Shown here piece after piece: positions 39,771 to 50,740 of a stretch of 64,000 bases of DNA (positions within the stretch are counted from its first letter, which is position 1; each line of letters starts with the position of its first letter). Source of the DNA: Atribacterota bacterium (lineage in GTDB: Bacteria > Atribacterota > Phoenicimicrobiia > Phoenicimicrobiales > Stramentimicrobiaceae). The stretch lies in assembly GCA_040767965.1 (NCBI GenBank), contig JAXGNR010000010.1:32001-96000 (forward strand). Direction: 5' to 3'. Below the pieces are notes generated by a model. It was not told the DNA's origin. It saw only the letters and a list, made by a program, of their open reading frames with translations, and ran no database searches. A program made the position numbers and the translations under genes.

Positions 39771-41192
39771 ATCTTTTTTTCGCCAGGAATAAAAAAGTTT
39801 TACTTTTATTCTTTGAGGCCATTTTAAAGGGCTTGATAAACGTTTCCATGCTCTTTTTACTTTTTCCATCTGCTGACTGCTAATTGTTTGTGCACCATAT
39901 ATTTTTTTATTAAAACTATCTATAATTATTCCAATATCATTATGGTTTTGCGGGAAAAATGTTGCTAATAACTGTCCATATTCCAGTGGAGTTCTGGAAT
40001 CTTTTTTAGAAAGCCCATTAAGGTGTCCCCAACGGCATAGTTTCTGAAAAATAATCAGAATATTCTCCTCTTTCCTCATGAATTTTTTCTTTATTTTAGC
40101 TAGAAGTTTTTTACTGAGAACAAAAAAATAGTTAATCCAAAAGCTTAATTCCTGGAAAAATCCTTTTTTATTAGAATCTAATCCGGTTTTTGCAGAAAGC
40201 CATTTCCAGAGAGCCCAAAGTAAAATTCCAATAAAGATTAACAGAACAAAAATAATTAAGATTAAGAACAATCCGCCAATTATTCTACTTAACACTTGAA
40301 CCCACCAGGCAAGTTCGGTTTCTTCAACCATGGCAATTGGCTTTTCCTCAGGAGGAGATGGAATTTCTGTGGAAGCAGTATTTCTGTTAAGTCCAAATAA
40401 AAAAGAAATAATTCTTAATAATAAGCTACCTAAAGGTCTGGAAGCTAGTTTTAACAGGCTGTTTCCTGCCTGAGCAATTGTTGTCATTTGCGGAAGGAAA
40501 AACAGCATCATCCAACTACCCAATATCAATATTAACAGGATAAAAGGGAAAACCAGATTTGTCTTATTTAACTGCCAGGAATTATTGGTAGCAGAAGTTG
40601 AGCTCTCTAAGTTCTTTGCTAAAGAAATAGCCAGCATGCTGAAAAGGAAGTAATATATAATCAGTAAATTTGAATAAGGTAAGAAAAAATTCATAATTCC
40701 GGAAAGTATAAAAACAAAAACCAGAATCATAATACCAAAATCAAAACGGGTGGCAATCAACAAATGATCATGCGAACGATTTGTTAATTTTGTTCCATTA
40801 CTCCAGAAAAGAGAAATAAAAAATAATATTAAAATATAAGAAAAGCCATCTATGGAACCATAATTTCCGCTAAGAAGCATTTCTAACCATTGGAATTTCA
40901 GAAAAGAACCCTGACTTTGCCAAATACCATAAGAATAAAAAGTATATAATAGGATAATTAAGTAAAAAATAGAATGGACTAAAAAATATACAATAACTCT
41001 TTTTCCTCGGCCCTGTAGTGTAAAAGTTATTAAGACTGGTACAAAAAAAGATAAAACAGCTGACCATATTGGTAAAACAGAAAAGTCAAATATAAAAAAG
41101 ATGGTACATGACAAGGCATAGAGCCATGTTAATTCCATCATACTGGCAGAGATAAATAGCATTGTTTTTTTTCTTCCGGTATCCTGGGTCAT
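39723..41192 (-). CDS. membrane protein with DUF4129-like C-terminus
   Basis: Multi-TM; C-terminal SRTPLEYG...KKIYG; third gene of MoxR cluster. Confidence 0.7.
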   Translation of the reverse strand: MTQDTGRKKTMLFISASMMELTWLYALSCTIFFIFDFSVLPIWSAVLSFFVPVLITFTLQGRGKRVIVYFLVHSIFYLIILLYTFYSYGIWQSQGSFLKFQWLEMLLSGNYGSIDGFSYILILFFISLFWSNGTKLTNRSHDHLLIATRFDFGIMILVFVFILSGIMNFFLPYSNLLIIYYFLFSMLAISLAKNLESSTSATNNSWQLNKTNLVFPFILLILILGSWMMLFFLPQMTTIAQAGNSLLKLASRPLGSLLLRIISFLFGLNRNTASTEIPSPPEEKPIAMVEETELAWWVQVLSRIIGGLFLILIIFVLLIFIGILLWALWKWLSAKTGLDSNKKGFFQELSFWINYFFVLSKKLLAKIKKKFMRKEENILIIFQKLCRWGHLNGLSKKDSRTPLEYGQLLATFFPQNHNDIGIIIDSFNKKIYGAQTISSQQMEKVKRAWKRLSSPLKWPQRIKVKLFYSWRKKDSESVANSIDSEFFMP

Positions 41193-41217
41193 CTTATTTC
41201 CTTAAATTTAATATTTA

Positions 41218-42414
41218 TTAAATATTATTATTGATATATCCACCGTGCAACTTTTCTAATAAAAATATTTCTGGTTGACTGCCAATGGCCAAATCAGGCA
41301 TTTCTGAAATTATAAAATAAGCTGGTATATTATATTCCTTTAATAAACCGGTAATTTGGATATTTATTTTATCTAACTTATAAGCGCAAAAAATAACACC
41401 TATTCCCCCAATAAGTAATTTATTTTGAAATAATATTTCTTCCAGAGGATGTTCTGGTTCCATTTGTATTCTTGCTAAAAACTCCATGGCTTCCGAGAGT
41501 TGATCAGATCCGGTAGCAATTGGTAGCCTTGTTGAATATCCTCCTGCCATTTTGCTGTTGGTGATAATTCCAAAAGGGATTCCCTGCTCATTTAACTGGA
41601 GAAAGTAAGCAGCGGTAACTTCCAGTGTTTTTTCAAAAGATTGTTCCTGATTTTCTGAGTTGAAACTGGTAACATCCAATATAAATAGTATCTTTTTTTG
41701 AGAAGAAGGTTCAAAAATCTTTGATTGCAATTGAGAGTGTCTGGCACTGGCTTTCCAATGAATATGTTTTGCCGGATCTCCTGGATAATAATTCTGAGTA
41801 GAAATTGGATATATCGGATCTTTAACCGGACTTGTTATTCCGGGTTTTCCGAATAAATCTTTGGTTGGAGCAGATATGAAATTTAAAGCTATCTGCCTAG
41901 GATAGACAATCATCTCCATAGATTCAGATAAGTATTTCCTTTTTTTAAAAAAACCCAGTAAATCACCAGATTCTAAAAAGGGAGGACCTATTTGAAAACA
42001 TCCTCTTTTAGTGGCAGTTAAATCCCATTGCCAGGAAATCTGATCATACCAAAGCAGATAAAAATCTTCATTTATGGAATTGTTATCTTCCTTAATTATT
42101 TCTTTATCTATTGGTATCCGTAAAGTTATCCAAACCGGTAATAACTTATTATTAGATATCCTGGCCTGCAATTTGACTTTTTCTCCAGGGAATCCTTTTT
42201 TCTTTTCTGCATCAAAACTATAATGAATTTTCCTAATACTGAAATAACTCCATGTTTTAGCTCCATAGAACATGAGTAGGATTAGAATGGAGATTAAAAT
42301 CAAATTTTTTTGTTCATAAAGTAAAGAAACAAAAAGCAGGACTACAGCAAAAAATCGAAACAAGCCATCTACAAAAATAGATGAAAGTGGATTATCATAG
42401 TTTACTTTCTTCAT
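41218..42414 (-). CDS. DUF58 domain protein
   Basis: KRGCF, YYPGDPAKHIHWKASAR. Confidence 0.88.
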   Translation of the reverse strand: MKKVNYDNPLSSIFVDGLFRFFAVVLLFVSLLYEQKNLILISILILLMFYGAKTWSYFSIRKIHYSFDAEKKKGFPGEKVKLQARISNNKLLPVWITLRIPIDKEIIKEDNNSINEDFYLLWYDQISWQWDLTATKRGCFQIGPPFLESGDLLGFFKKRKYLSESMEMIVYPRQIALNFISAPTKDLFGKPGITSPVKDPIYPISTQNYYPGDPAKHIHWKASARHSQLQSKIFEPSSQKKILFILDVTSFNSENQEQSFEKTLEVTAAYFLQLNEQGIPFGIITNSKMAGGYSTRLPIATGSDQLSEAMEFLARIQMEPEHPLEEILFQNKLLIGGIGVIFCAYKLDKINIQITGLLKEYNIPAYFIISEMPDLAIGSQPEIFLLEKLHGGYINNNI

Positions 42415-43354
42415 TTGTTATTTCCGATGCTGGTATTTTGGTTTGCTCTAATATTTCAGTTAAAACCTGTTGAACAGAAATACCTTTTAATTTTTCTTTT
42501 GTATTTAAGATAATCCTATGCCCAAGGATTGGTATGAAAAGTTCTTTGATATCATCAGGCAATACAAAATCTCTATTTCTGAGGGCAGCTAAGGCCTGGG
42601 CAACTTTCATAAAATGAATGGATGAGCGTGGACTGGCACCATAGCGTATTTTAGGTGATTTTCTGGTAGAACCGGTTAAAGCTACAATATATTCATTTAT
42701 TTCATTGGACACATATATATTTTGTCTTTTCTTTTGCAGGGCAAGAATTTCTTCAGGGGTTGTCACTGTGCCTATTTGACCCAAAGGATTTTCTTTTTGG
42801 AAGCGCTGTAAAATTAGTATCTCTTCTTCAACTGTTGGATAGCCAAGGTTAATACACATCAAAAATCTATCCAGCTGTGCTTCTGGTAAAGGAAAAGTTC
42901 CTTCAAGTTCTATGGGGTTTTGGGTTGCTATAACAAAAAAAGGGCGAGGCAACTTCATGGTTACGCCATCCACAGTGACCTGCCTTTCTTGCATGCTTTC
43001 CAATAGACTGGACTGGGTTCGGGGTATAGTCCTGTTTATCTCATCAGCTAGCAGAATATTAGCCATTATTGGCCCTGGCTGAAAAACAAATTGAGCTTTT
43101 TTTTGATCATAAATATTAAAGCCGGTAATATCGGCAGGCAGTAAATCAGGAGTGAATTGTATGCGGTTAAAAGTACCTCCAATACTTTTTGCTAAAGATC
43201 TGGCTAAAATAGTTTTTCCAACGCCAGGAACATCTTCCAGAAGGATATGCCCTTCTGCCAGTAGTCCTGCAAGAATCAACTCTATTGCTCTTTTTTTGCC
43301 AACAACCACTTTATTAATATTTTCAGTAATTTTTTGGCATGTTGAAAAAGTCAT
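42395..43354 (-). CDS. MoxR family AAA+ ATPase
   Basis: DVPGVGKT, RIQFTPDLLP, LADEINR, ATQNPIE, LPEAQLDRF. Confidence 0.93.
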   Translation of the reverse strand: MTFSTCQKITENINKVVVGKKRAIELILAGLLAEGHILLEDVPGVGKTILARSLAKSIGGTFNRIQFTPDLLPADITGFNIYDQKKAQFVFQPGPIMANILLADEINRTIPRTQSSLLESMQERQVTVDGVTMKLPRPFFVIATQNPIELEGTFPLPEAQLDRFLMCINLGYPTVEEEILILQRFQKENPLGQIGTVTTPEEILALQKKRQNIYVSNEINEYIVALTGSTRKSPKIRYGASPRSSIHFMKVAQALAALRNRDFVLPDDIKELFIPILGHRIILNTKEKLKGISVQQVLTEILEQTKIPASEITNEESKL

Positions 43355-43520
43355 TTTGATTAATTCCTTATTCCTTTTATTGATTTATTGATATTGTTTA
43401 TTTTGTATTATAATTCATAAAAACTTGCTAACAGATTATAACAATTTACTAAAATTAAAACAAGCCAAAGAGAAGAACAACTTAATTGTCCTGGTAAATA
43501 TTTAGATAATTCAAAAATAA

Positions 43521-44168
43521 TTATTTAATATTATCAATGATAGCAATTGCTCTTACTGGAGAACCGTCAGAATTCTTGAATTTTAAAGGAAAAACTGCAA
43601 GGGTGAAATATTCCACATTTATGGCATCCAGGTTGGTTAAATTCTCGATAATAAGCATATTTTTTGCAAAAAATAATTTATGGATATTAAAAGTTGTGGA
43701 ATCAGACTTATCAATTGATATAGCATCAATACCAATTCCATTCAAATTAAATTTTGATAACCAGCAGGCTGCTTCTTTGTTTAAAGAAGGATAGTTGTTA
43801 AAATATTTGCCATCCATCCAAAAATTGCTCCAGCCCGTTTTCAGTATAACAAAATTCACTTTAGTTAATTTTTCTTGAAAATTTATAATATCAGACAATG
43901 TAATGAGATGTTTACAAAAATTAGAAAAATCTAAAATAATTGCTCTTCCAATAAAAGAATTAATAGGCATATTTTCTAAATAAAATCCATCTGAAAGCAT
44001 ATGGGCTGGGGCATCAATATGTGTTCCTGTATGGGAATAAAAAGAGAGGATGGTTTCTCGAAATCCGTCTTTTTCTAAATCATTGCCTTTTTTCAGGCTG
44101 GGAGGCTTGGTTCCGGGATAGATAGGTGTGTCTGAACTGAAAAGATGTGTTAAGTCTATTATTTTCAT
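43521..44168 (-). CDS. cyclase family (kynurenine formamidase-like) protein
   Basis: HTGTHIDAPAH, GIDAISID, DGSPVRA. Confidence 0.9.
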   Translation of the reverse strand: MKIIDLTHLFSSDTPIYPGTKPPSLKKGNDLEKDGFRETILSFYSHTGTHIDAPAHMLSDGFYLENMPINSFIGRAIILDFSNFCKHLITLSDIINFQEKLTKVNFVILKTGWSNFWMDGKYFNNYPSLNKEAACWLSKFNLNGIGIDAISIDKSDSTTFNIHKLFFAKNMLIIENLTNLDAINVEYFTLAVFPLKFKNSDGSPVRAIAIIDNIK

Positions 44169-44331
44169 TTATTCTCCTTTTTATGTTTTTTATTTAAATA
44201 AACTTAGAAATTAGACTCAAATAATATTATAATAAAAAATATGTCAAATAGAAAAAATTAATTATTTTATATTTTACTATACAATTCAGCAAGAAAAATA
44301 AATTAATTTTTTGGATATTCAGGAGGAGAAA

Positions 44332-45165
44332 ATGAATATAAAAGCTACCGTTCTTTGTGAGAATTATGTATACGGAAAAGCAGGAGCAATTGCAGAACAT
44401 GGCTGGTCTGTTTATTTAGAAACTAAAGAGGGTAATTTTCTTTTTGATACCGGGCAAGGAAAAGGAATAATAAATAATTCTCTTTATTTTAAGAAAGATT
44501 TAGCAGAGGTTAAAGGTATTATTATCAGCCATCATCACTATGACCACACTGGTGGATTATTATCAGTACTGGAGCAAACTGGAAACGTAAAAGTTTATGC
44601 CCACCAGGATCTTTTTAAGAATAGTTTTGGTATTAGGGATAACTTAGAAAAAAATATAGGGATTCCTTTCCGAAGAGAGATATTAGAAAGCAAAGGTGCC
44701 AAATTCATTTTGAATAAAGATCTTCTTGAAATTGCACCTGATATGTTCTTAAGTGGCGAAATACCCCGCAAGACATTTTTTGAAAGAGGTGATGATAAGT
44801 TAGTAGTGAAAGATGGTCTAGGACACTACATCCAAGACAATCTTTTAGATGACCAGACTTTAATTACCAAAACAAATCAAGGATTGTTTATTCTTCTGGG
44901 CTGTTCTCATGCGGGTATTATTAATATTATTGATTATGCTATTGAAAAAACAGGAATAGATCATATCAGTGCTATTATTGGAGGAACCCACCTTGGTCCT
45001 GCAAGCGATGAAACCAGAACAGAAAGTATAAAAGCTCTAAAAAAATATGATATTGGTAAAATAGGAGTATCTCATTGTACTGGATTGGAGATGTCTTTTC
45101 ATTTAAAGCAGGAGTTTGGAGAAAGGTTCTTTTTCTGTAACGTGGGTACAGTAGTTGAATTGTGA
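44332..45165 (+). CDS. MBL-fold metallo-hydrolase (COG1237-like)
   Basis: AEHG, FDTG, SHHHYDHTGG, GCSH, GGTHL, HCTG; ATG at 44332 after AGGAG. Confidence 0.88.
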   Translation: MNIKATVLCENYVYGKAGAIAEHGWSVYLETKEGNFLFDTGQGKGIINNSLYFKKDLAEVKGIIISHHHYDHTGGLLSVLEQTGNVKVYAHQDLFKNSFGIRDNLEKNIGIPFRREILESKGAKFILNKDLLEIAPDMFLSGEIPRKTFFERGDDKLVVKDGLGHYIQDNLLDDQTLITKTNQGLFILLGCSHAGIINIIDYAIEKTGIDHISAIIGGTHLGPASDETRTESIKALKKYDIGKIGVSHCTGLEMSFHLKQEFGERFFFCNVGTVVEL

Positions 45166-45280
45166 TGAAAGATCCAATATATTTTTATAGAAAGATTGAT
45201 TTATTCATTATAGAATATTAGAATAAAAAAGTCATAATTTAATATTTAAATTTAATTTTTATAAAAAAGGAGAAAGAGAA

Positions 45281-46594
45281 ATGCAGGATTTTTTAGAAAA
45301 AAAGTTTCAATTGTCCGAGAATGGAACTGATGTAAAAACTGAAATCATAGCAGGTTTTACAACTTTTATGACCATGGCTTATATTATCTTTGTTAATCCC
45401 AGTATTTTAAGTGATGCTGGTATGCCATGGAACGGTGTTTTTATCGCAACAATTATGGGTATTATTTTGGGGACGGTTTGTATGGCTTTATTAACAAACT
45501 ATCCTTTTGCTTTAGCATCTGGAATGGGATTGAATGCCTTTTTTGCCTATTCAGTTGTAATAGGAATGGGGGTTAGCTGGCAAATAGCCCTTGGTATCGT
45601 CTTTCTGGAAGGAGTTTTGTTTATCATTTTAAGCGTAACACCAATAAGAGAGATGGTTATTAATTGTATTCCCATGAGCTTGAAGTCATCAATCAGTGCC
45701 GGGATTGGTCTTTTTATAGCCTTTATCGGTTTGCAAAATGCAGGATTGGTGGTAAAAAATGATGCTACATTGGTTGCCTTGGGAAATGTTATGAGTGGAC
45801 CTGGTTTGGTGGCTATTGCAGGACTAATTATCATGGCTGTTCTGCATACTCTCAAGGTCAAAGGCTCAATCTTGTGGGGTATTCTTGGTGCCACTTTGAT
45901 TGGTTATATTCCTGGGTTAAATGTTACACCGCCATTCCAGGGGATATTTGCTATGCCCCAGTTCAGTGACTGGAATCAAGTATTGCTAAAGATGGATATT
46001 GGCGGTGCTTTGGACTTGTCTTTACTTGTAGTTATCTTTTCTTTCTTATTTGTAGATTTATTTGACACTGCTGGAACTCTCATAGGAGTTAGTACTCAAG
46101 CTGGTTATCTTGATAAAGATGGTAATTTACCAAAAGCCAGCAAAGCTCTTTTAGCAGATGCTATTGGCACAACTGGAGGAGCAATCTTTGGAACCAGCAC
46201 TGTAACCACTTATATTGAATCTGCCTCTGGAGTTTCTGAAGGTGGGAGAACAGGCTTAACTGGTATTGTGGTAGCAGTCTTATTCTTTTTGTCTTTGTTT
46301 CTGAGACCTTTAGTTGGCATAGTTCCCGGTGCTGCTACTGCACCTGCTTTGATTGTAGTAGGTACTATGATGATAGGTAATATATTAAGCATCAAATGGG
46401 ATGATTTCTCAGAAGCATTACCTGCTTTTGTTTGTTTAATCGCCATACCTATGACCTATTCTATAGCCAATGGAATTGCCCTTGGATTTATCACCTATCC
46501 TTTAATAAAATTATTAAGCGGGAAAGGGAAAACTGTGCATGGTTTGGTTTATATATTAGGGATTCTATTTGCTATTAAATTTATCTGGTTATAA
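45281..46594 (+). CDS. NCS2/AzgA-type purine permease
   Basis: TTFMTMAYIIFVNP, GMGLNAFF, FDTAGT, YIESASG. Confidence 0.92.
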   Translation: MQDFLEKKFQLSENGTDVKTEIIAGFTTFMTMAYIIFVNPSILSDAGMPWNGVFIATIMGIILGTVCMALLTNYPFALASGMGLNAFFAYSVVIGMGVSWQIALGIVFLEGVLFIILSVTPIREMVINCIPMSLKSSISAGIGLFIAFIGLQNAGLVVKNDATLVALGNVMSGPGLVAIAGLIIMAVLHTLKVKGSILWGILGATLIGYIPGLNVTPPFQGIFAMPQFSDWNQVLLKMDIGGALDLSLLVVIFSFLFVDLFDTAGTLIGVSTQAGYLDKDGNLPKASKALLADAIGTTGGAIFGTSTVTTYIESASGVSEGGRTGLTGIVVAVLFFLSLFLRPLVGIVPGAATAPALIVVGTMMIGNILSIKWDDFSEALPAFVCLIAIPMTYSIANGIALGFITYPLIKLLSGKGKTVHGLVYILGILFAIKFIWL

Positions 46595-46629
46595 AATCAA
46601 AGTTTTTAATATTAAAACCTGAAAACACT

Positions 46630-46678
46630 TCTAAATAAAAAAGAGTGTAGCTAAAAACTACTCTCTTTTTTATTTAGA
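46630..46678 (+). terminator. intrinsic terminator
   Basis: TCTAAATAAAAAAGAG.GTAG/CTAC.CTCTTTTTTATTTAGA stem. Confidence 0.75.
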
Positions 46679-46809
46679 TTTTTCTTCAAAAATCACAATT
46701 AGCACACATAAGCAATCTTTGATTATGCTATAATTATATAATTGTTATCTAACTTATTTTAAAATCTTTATTTTTGAAATAATTATTTGATAGAGAAAAG
46801 GAGACATCA

Positions 46810-47583
46810 ATGAGCATATTTCAAATTGGATTAATACTAATAACGGGCATTGCAGCTGGGTTTCTTAATACTATTGGTGGAGGTGGATCTTTATTAACCA
46901 TGCCTATGCTGATTTTTTTAGGCTTACCAGCGGCTACTGCCAATGGGACTAACCGAATTGCAATTATTATCCAGAATATTGTAGGTGTGACAAATTTTCG
47001 CAGTAAAGGTTTCTTCTTTCCTAAGCTGGGAATTATTTTAGGGATTCCTGCAATAGTTGGATCAATTATCGGAGCAAGAGTTGCTGTTTCTATGTCAGGG
47101 GAATTATTTGAAAAAATATTGGCAATTGTTATGATAATGGTTTTAATACTCATTTTGACACGCCCGGAAAAGAAGTTTATCAAAGAAATTGATAGTGAAA
47201 ATATGAGTACTCCCCGTTTGATTGTTGCTATAATTGCTTTCTTTGGTGTTGGTTTGTATGGAGGTTTTATTCAGGCAGGAGTAGGTTTTATAATCATTGT
47301 TGCTTTAACTTTAATAACCGGTCTTTCTCTGGTAAAAGTAAATTGTCTCAAAGTTTTCATAATATTAATATATACCATTGCTTCCTTTTTAGTTTTTATC
47401 ATAAACGGAAAAGTGAATTTTGTATTAGGCTTTACCTTAGCAATCGGAAATGCCTTTGGCGCATACCTTGGCAGCAATTTTGCAGTGAATAAAGGTGATA
47501 AATGGATTAGAATATTTCTTATTATTACGATACTGGCTATGTCGGCAAAACTGTTTGGTCTTTTTAAATTAATTGGACTATAA
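46810..47583 (+). CDS. TauE/SafE (TSUP) family transporter
   Basis: GGGGSLL, ANGTNR, YGGFIQAGVG. Confidence 0.9.
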   Translation: MSIFQIGLILITGIAAGFLNTIGGGGSLLTMPMLIFLGLPAATANGTNRIAIIIQNIVGVTNFRSKGFFFPKLGIILGIPAIVGSIIGARVAVSMSGELFEKILAIVMIMVLILILTRPEKKFIKEIDSENMSTPRLIVAIIAFFGVGLYGGFIQAGVGFIIIVALTLITGLSLVKVNCLKVFIILIYTIASFLVFIINGKVNFVLGFTLAIGNAFGAYLGSNFAVNKGDKWIRIFLIITILAMSAKLFGLFKLIGL

Positions 47584-47673
47584 GATTTGCTCTAAATGTA
47601 AATTACTTCTATTACAGGTATATTAAATAAAAAATGCTATAAGTGTAAATTAAAAACAGAAAGGTAGGTAAGA

Positions 47674-49290
47674 ATGATTTTTGACACCCAATATTATCCT
47701 TATCCCTCTCAAAGAAAAGTGGTTTTTGCAAAAAATGGAATGGTAGCCACTTCGCAATCTCTAGCTGCGGAAGCCGGCTTGGAAATACTAAGACAGGGAG
47801 GAAATGCAATTGATGCAGCTATTGCTACTGCAGCGTGTCTAACTGTAGTTGAGCCTACTTCCAACGGAATCGGAGGAGATGCCTTTGCTTTAGTTTGGAC
47901 CAAAAATAAGCTTTATGGATTAAATGCCAGTGGTCCTGCTCCCAAATCTATTTCTATTGATTCTGTCAGAAAAAAAGGTTATCAGGCAATGCCTGATTTT
48001 GGCTGGATACCGGTGACAGTTCCAGGTGTTCCTGCAGCCTGGGCAGAGTTATCCCGGAAGTATGGTCGGATTTCTTTACAAAAAACTTTATTACCAGCTA
48101 TTAATTATGCTGAAACCGGGTTTCCAGTTTCACCAGTAGTAAGTTATCTATGGAAAAAAGCTTATAATAAATTTTCAAGTTATCGTAATGAAGAAATAAG
48201 CAAGTACTGGTTTGAATCTTTTACTTTAGATGGGAAAGTTCCCAGCCCTGGTGATTTGTGGAATTTCCCTGCGCAGGCTAAAACATTACAGATGATTGCC
48301 GAAACCAATGCTGAAGATTTTTATCAAGGAGAGATTGCTGAAAAAATTGATTCTTTTTCCAAAAAATATGATGGATATTTACGTTTAGAAGATCTGAACT
48401 CTTTCTCATCTGAATGGGTAGAACCTATTAATATTAAATACCATGATTATCATGTTTGGGAAATTCCTCCAAACGGACAGGGATTAGTTGCTTTGCTGGC
48501 TTTGAATATTTTAAAACAAATGAGCATTAATGGAAAAGAAGACCCGATTACCTATCACCAGCAAATCGAAGCAATGAAATTAGCTTTTGCAGACGGGAAA
48601 AAATATATTACTGATTACAGGCAGTCATCAAAAGTAATTAAAGATTTGCTTTCAGAATGTTATGCTGCTGAAAGAATGAAGATGATTGGTGAAATTGCCC
48701 AGGATCCCTATCCTGGTAAACCTTACGGCAGTGATACAGTATATCTGGCTACTGCTGATAATGAAGGAAATATGGTTTCCTATATCCAGAGTAATTATAT
48801 GGGATTTGGATCTGGTCTGGTAGTGCCAGATACAGGCATATCTCTGCAAAACAGAGGTGCCAATTTTTCGCTTGACATTAATCATTACAATAGCCTGCAG
48901 CCAGGGAAAAAAACCTATCATACAATTATCCCGGGATTTTTAACAAAAGAAAATCTTCCGATAGGACCTTTTGGTGTAATGGGTGGATTTATGCAACCAC
49001 AGGGACATGTTCAGATAATTATGAATATGATTGATTTTAAATTAAATCCGCAAGCTGCTTTAGATGCACCCAGATGGCAATGGTCAGAGGGGAAAAAAAT
49101 AAAAATTGAACAGGTTTTTCCCAGATACGTTGCTGAGTATTTAGAAAGAAAAGGACATTCCATAGAAATACCTATGGATTACAGAGGCCTTGGAGGTTTT
49201 GGAAGAGGTCAGATTATCTGGAAAGATAAAAACAATGTATTGCTGGGAGCTACAGACCCGAGAGCAGATGGGGCTGTTGCAGCCTGGTAA
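47674..49290 (+). CDS. gamma-glutamyltransferase family protein (cytoplasmic, YwrD/HpxW-like)
   Basis: GGNAIDAA, GIGGDAF, DTVY nucleophile Thr, GVMGGFMQPQGH, DPRADG; no signal peptide. Confidence 0.9.
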   Translation: MIFDTQYYPYPSQRKVVFAKNGMVATSQSLAAEAGLEILRQGGNAIDAAIATAACLTVVEPTSNGIGGDAFALVWTKNKLYGLNASGPAPKSISIDSVRKKGYQAMPDFGWIPVTVPGVPAAWAELSRKYGRISLQKTLLPAINYAETGFPVSPVVSYLWKKAYNKFSSYRNEEISKYWFESFTLDGKVPSPGDLWNFPAQAKTLQMIAETNAEDFYQGEIAEKIDSFSKKYDGYLRLEDLNSFSSEWVEPINIKYHDYHVWEIPPNGQGLVALLALNILKQMSINGKEDPITYHQQIEAMKLAFADGKKYITDYRQSSKVIKDLLSECYAAERMKMIGEIAQDPYPGKPYGSDTVYLATADNEGNMVSYIQSNYMGFGSGLVVPDTGISLQNRGANFSLDINHYNSLQPGKKTYHTIIPGFLTKENLPIGPFGVMGGFMQPQGHVQIIMNMIDFKLNPQAALDAPRWQWSEGKKIKIEQVFPRYVAEYLERKGHSIEIPMDYRGLGGFGRGQIIWKDKNNVLLGATDPRADGAVAAW

Positions 49291-49334
49291 AAACTACATC
49301 AATAAAAACATACAATAAATGATATGGAGGGATT

Positions 49335-50141
49335 ATGCTATTAAATCTTGATGAATTAACCAAAAGGGCAATAGAAGTTAGAAACACTCTCTTTGATTTA
49401 AAAGGGAAAAATGCATTGATAGTAGGAGGAAATAAAGGGATCGGACAGGCGATGGCTTTAGGGCTTGCCGGTGCTGGTGCAAATGTTTGCGTTGTAGGAA
49501 GAGGACCTGCAGGATTAGATGAAACAGCAGAAGCTGTAAGAGAAATTGGATCAATTGGTGCATATTTTGCCGCAGACGTTACTGTTGAAGACCAGGTAAA
49601 AGAAATGGTTGCTTATAATGTTGAAAAATTTGGCAAGATAGATATTTTAATAAATAGTCAGGGTTTAAATTATTTACAGGAAGCAACAAACTTTGATACA
49701 GATCAGTGGCAAAAAGTTATTGATGTAAACGTAAAATCAATATTTTTATGCTGCAAGCATGTTGGAAGAATTATGTTACAGCATAAAAAAGGTAAAATTA
49801 TAAATATTTCTTCTGTCCGCGGTTTTCAGGGAAGGAAAGAAGATCTGGCTTACTCTACAAGTAAAGGAGCTATTAATCAGCTTACTAAATCTCTGGCAAT
49901 CGAATGGGGTCCTCAGGGTATAAACGTTAATGCTATTGCCCCGGTATTTACTTTAACAAATATGACAAAATCGTATTTAACTGATAAGGAAAAGCTGAAT
50001 TGGGTATTAAGCAGAATACCCATGGGAAGATTAGGTCAGTTGGATGATTTTTTTGGTCCTCCGATATTTTTAGCTTCAGAAGCCTCAAATTTTGTTAATG
50101 GTCATATTCTTCTGGTTGACGGAGGATGGATAGCCGCTTAA
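49335..50141 (+). CDS. SDR oxidoreductase (KduD/gluconate 5-dehydrogenase-like)
   Basis: GGNKGIG, YSTSKG, RIPMGR, VDGG. Confidence 0.88.
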   Translation: MLLNLDELTKRAIEVRNTLFDLKGKNALIVGGNKGIGQAMALGLAGAGANVCVVGRGPAGLDETAEAVREIGSIGAYFAADVTVEDQVKEMVAYNVEKFGKIDILINSQGLNYLQEATNFDTDQWQKVIDVNVKSIFLCCKHVGRIMLQHKKGKIINISSVRGFQGRKEDLAYSTSKGAINQLTKSLAIEWGPQGINVNAIAPVFTLTNMTKSYLTDKEKLNWVLSRIPMGRLGQLDDFFGPPIFLASEASNFVNGHILLVDGGWIAA

Positions 50142-50180
50142 AATAAAAACCGGTTCTTTTAAAGAGAACCGGTTTTTATT
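50142..50180. terminator. bidirectional terminator
   Basis: AATAAAAACCGGTTCT/AGAACCGGTTTTTATT. Confidence 0.88.
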
Positions 50181-50198
50181 ACTATTTAGTATTTTTAC

Positions 50199-50633
50199 TT
50201 ACTCAGCTTCAATGGTAATTTCTTTGGGTTTGACTTCTGGTTTTTTAGGCATAATTATTTCTAGAATACCGTTTTTAAACTTTGCACTAATTTTATCCTT
50301 ATCTATTTCTGTCGGCAATGAAATAGTTCGAGAGTAACTGCCAAAAGCTCTTTCTCTATAATAATAATCTTCTTTTTTGGTTTCCTCATCTTTTTTCATT
50401 TCTCCCTGGATAGTCAAGTTGTTGTTATCAATAGAAAGTTTGACATCTTTTTTATCCACACCAGGTAATTCAACATTGGCTACTAATTTGTCTTTTTTGT
50501 CGACTAAATCTACTGCCGGTGACCAAATTCCGCCATCAAACCAGTTTCTTCTAGGACTTTCCATCATATCAAAAAATTCATCAAACAAACTTCTTGATAC
50601 ACTTCTTCTAGGTTCCCATTTTATCAGATTCAT
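50199..50633 (-). CDS. Hsp20/alpha-crystallin small heat-shock protein
   Basis: WSPAVD, ELPGV, ERAFGSYSR, AKFKNGIL; start at 50633 after AGGAGG. Confidence 0.93.
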   Translation of the reverse strand: MNLIKWEPRRSVSRSLFDEFFDMMESPRRNWFDGGIWSPAVDLVDKKDKLVANVELPGVDKKDVKLSIDNNNLTIQGEMKKDEETKKEDYYYRERAFGSYSRTISLPTEIDKDKISAKFKNGILEIIMPKKPEVKPKEITIEAE

Positions 50634-50696
50634 AGTGACACCTCCTATAATTATTCTAATAGCACATAATGCCATTAGCATATATTTCTATTAACA

Positions 50697-50724
50697 ATTA
50701 TAATCTAAAAATAAAATTTGTCAA
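50697..50724 (-). promoter_or_regulatory. sigma70 promoter of hsp20
   Basis: TTGACA-16-TATAAT. Confidence 0.65.
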
Positions 50725-50740
50725 GGGTTAATCTGAAATA

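Noticed and set aside
45165-45280. Purine riboswitch upstream of the NCS2 permease
   Set aside because: Short AT-rich gap without the conserved aptamer core
50655-50695. CIRCE element upstream of hsp20
   Set aside because: Only TAGCA half-site-like words in direct orientation; no TTAGCACTC-N9-GAGTGCTAA
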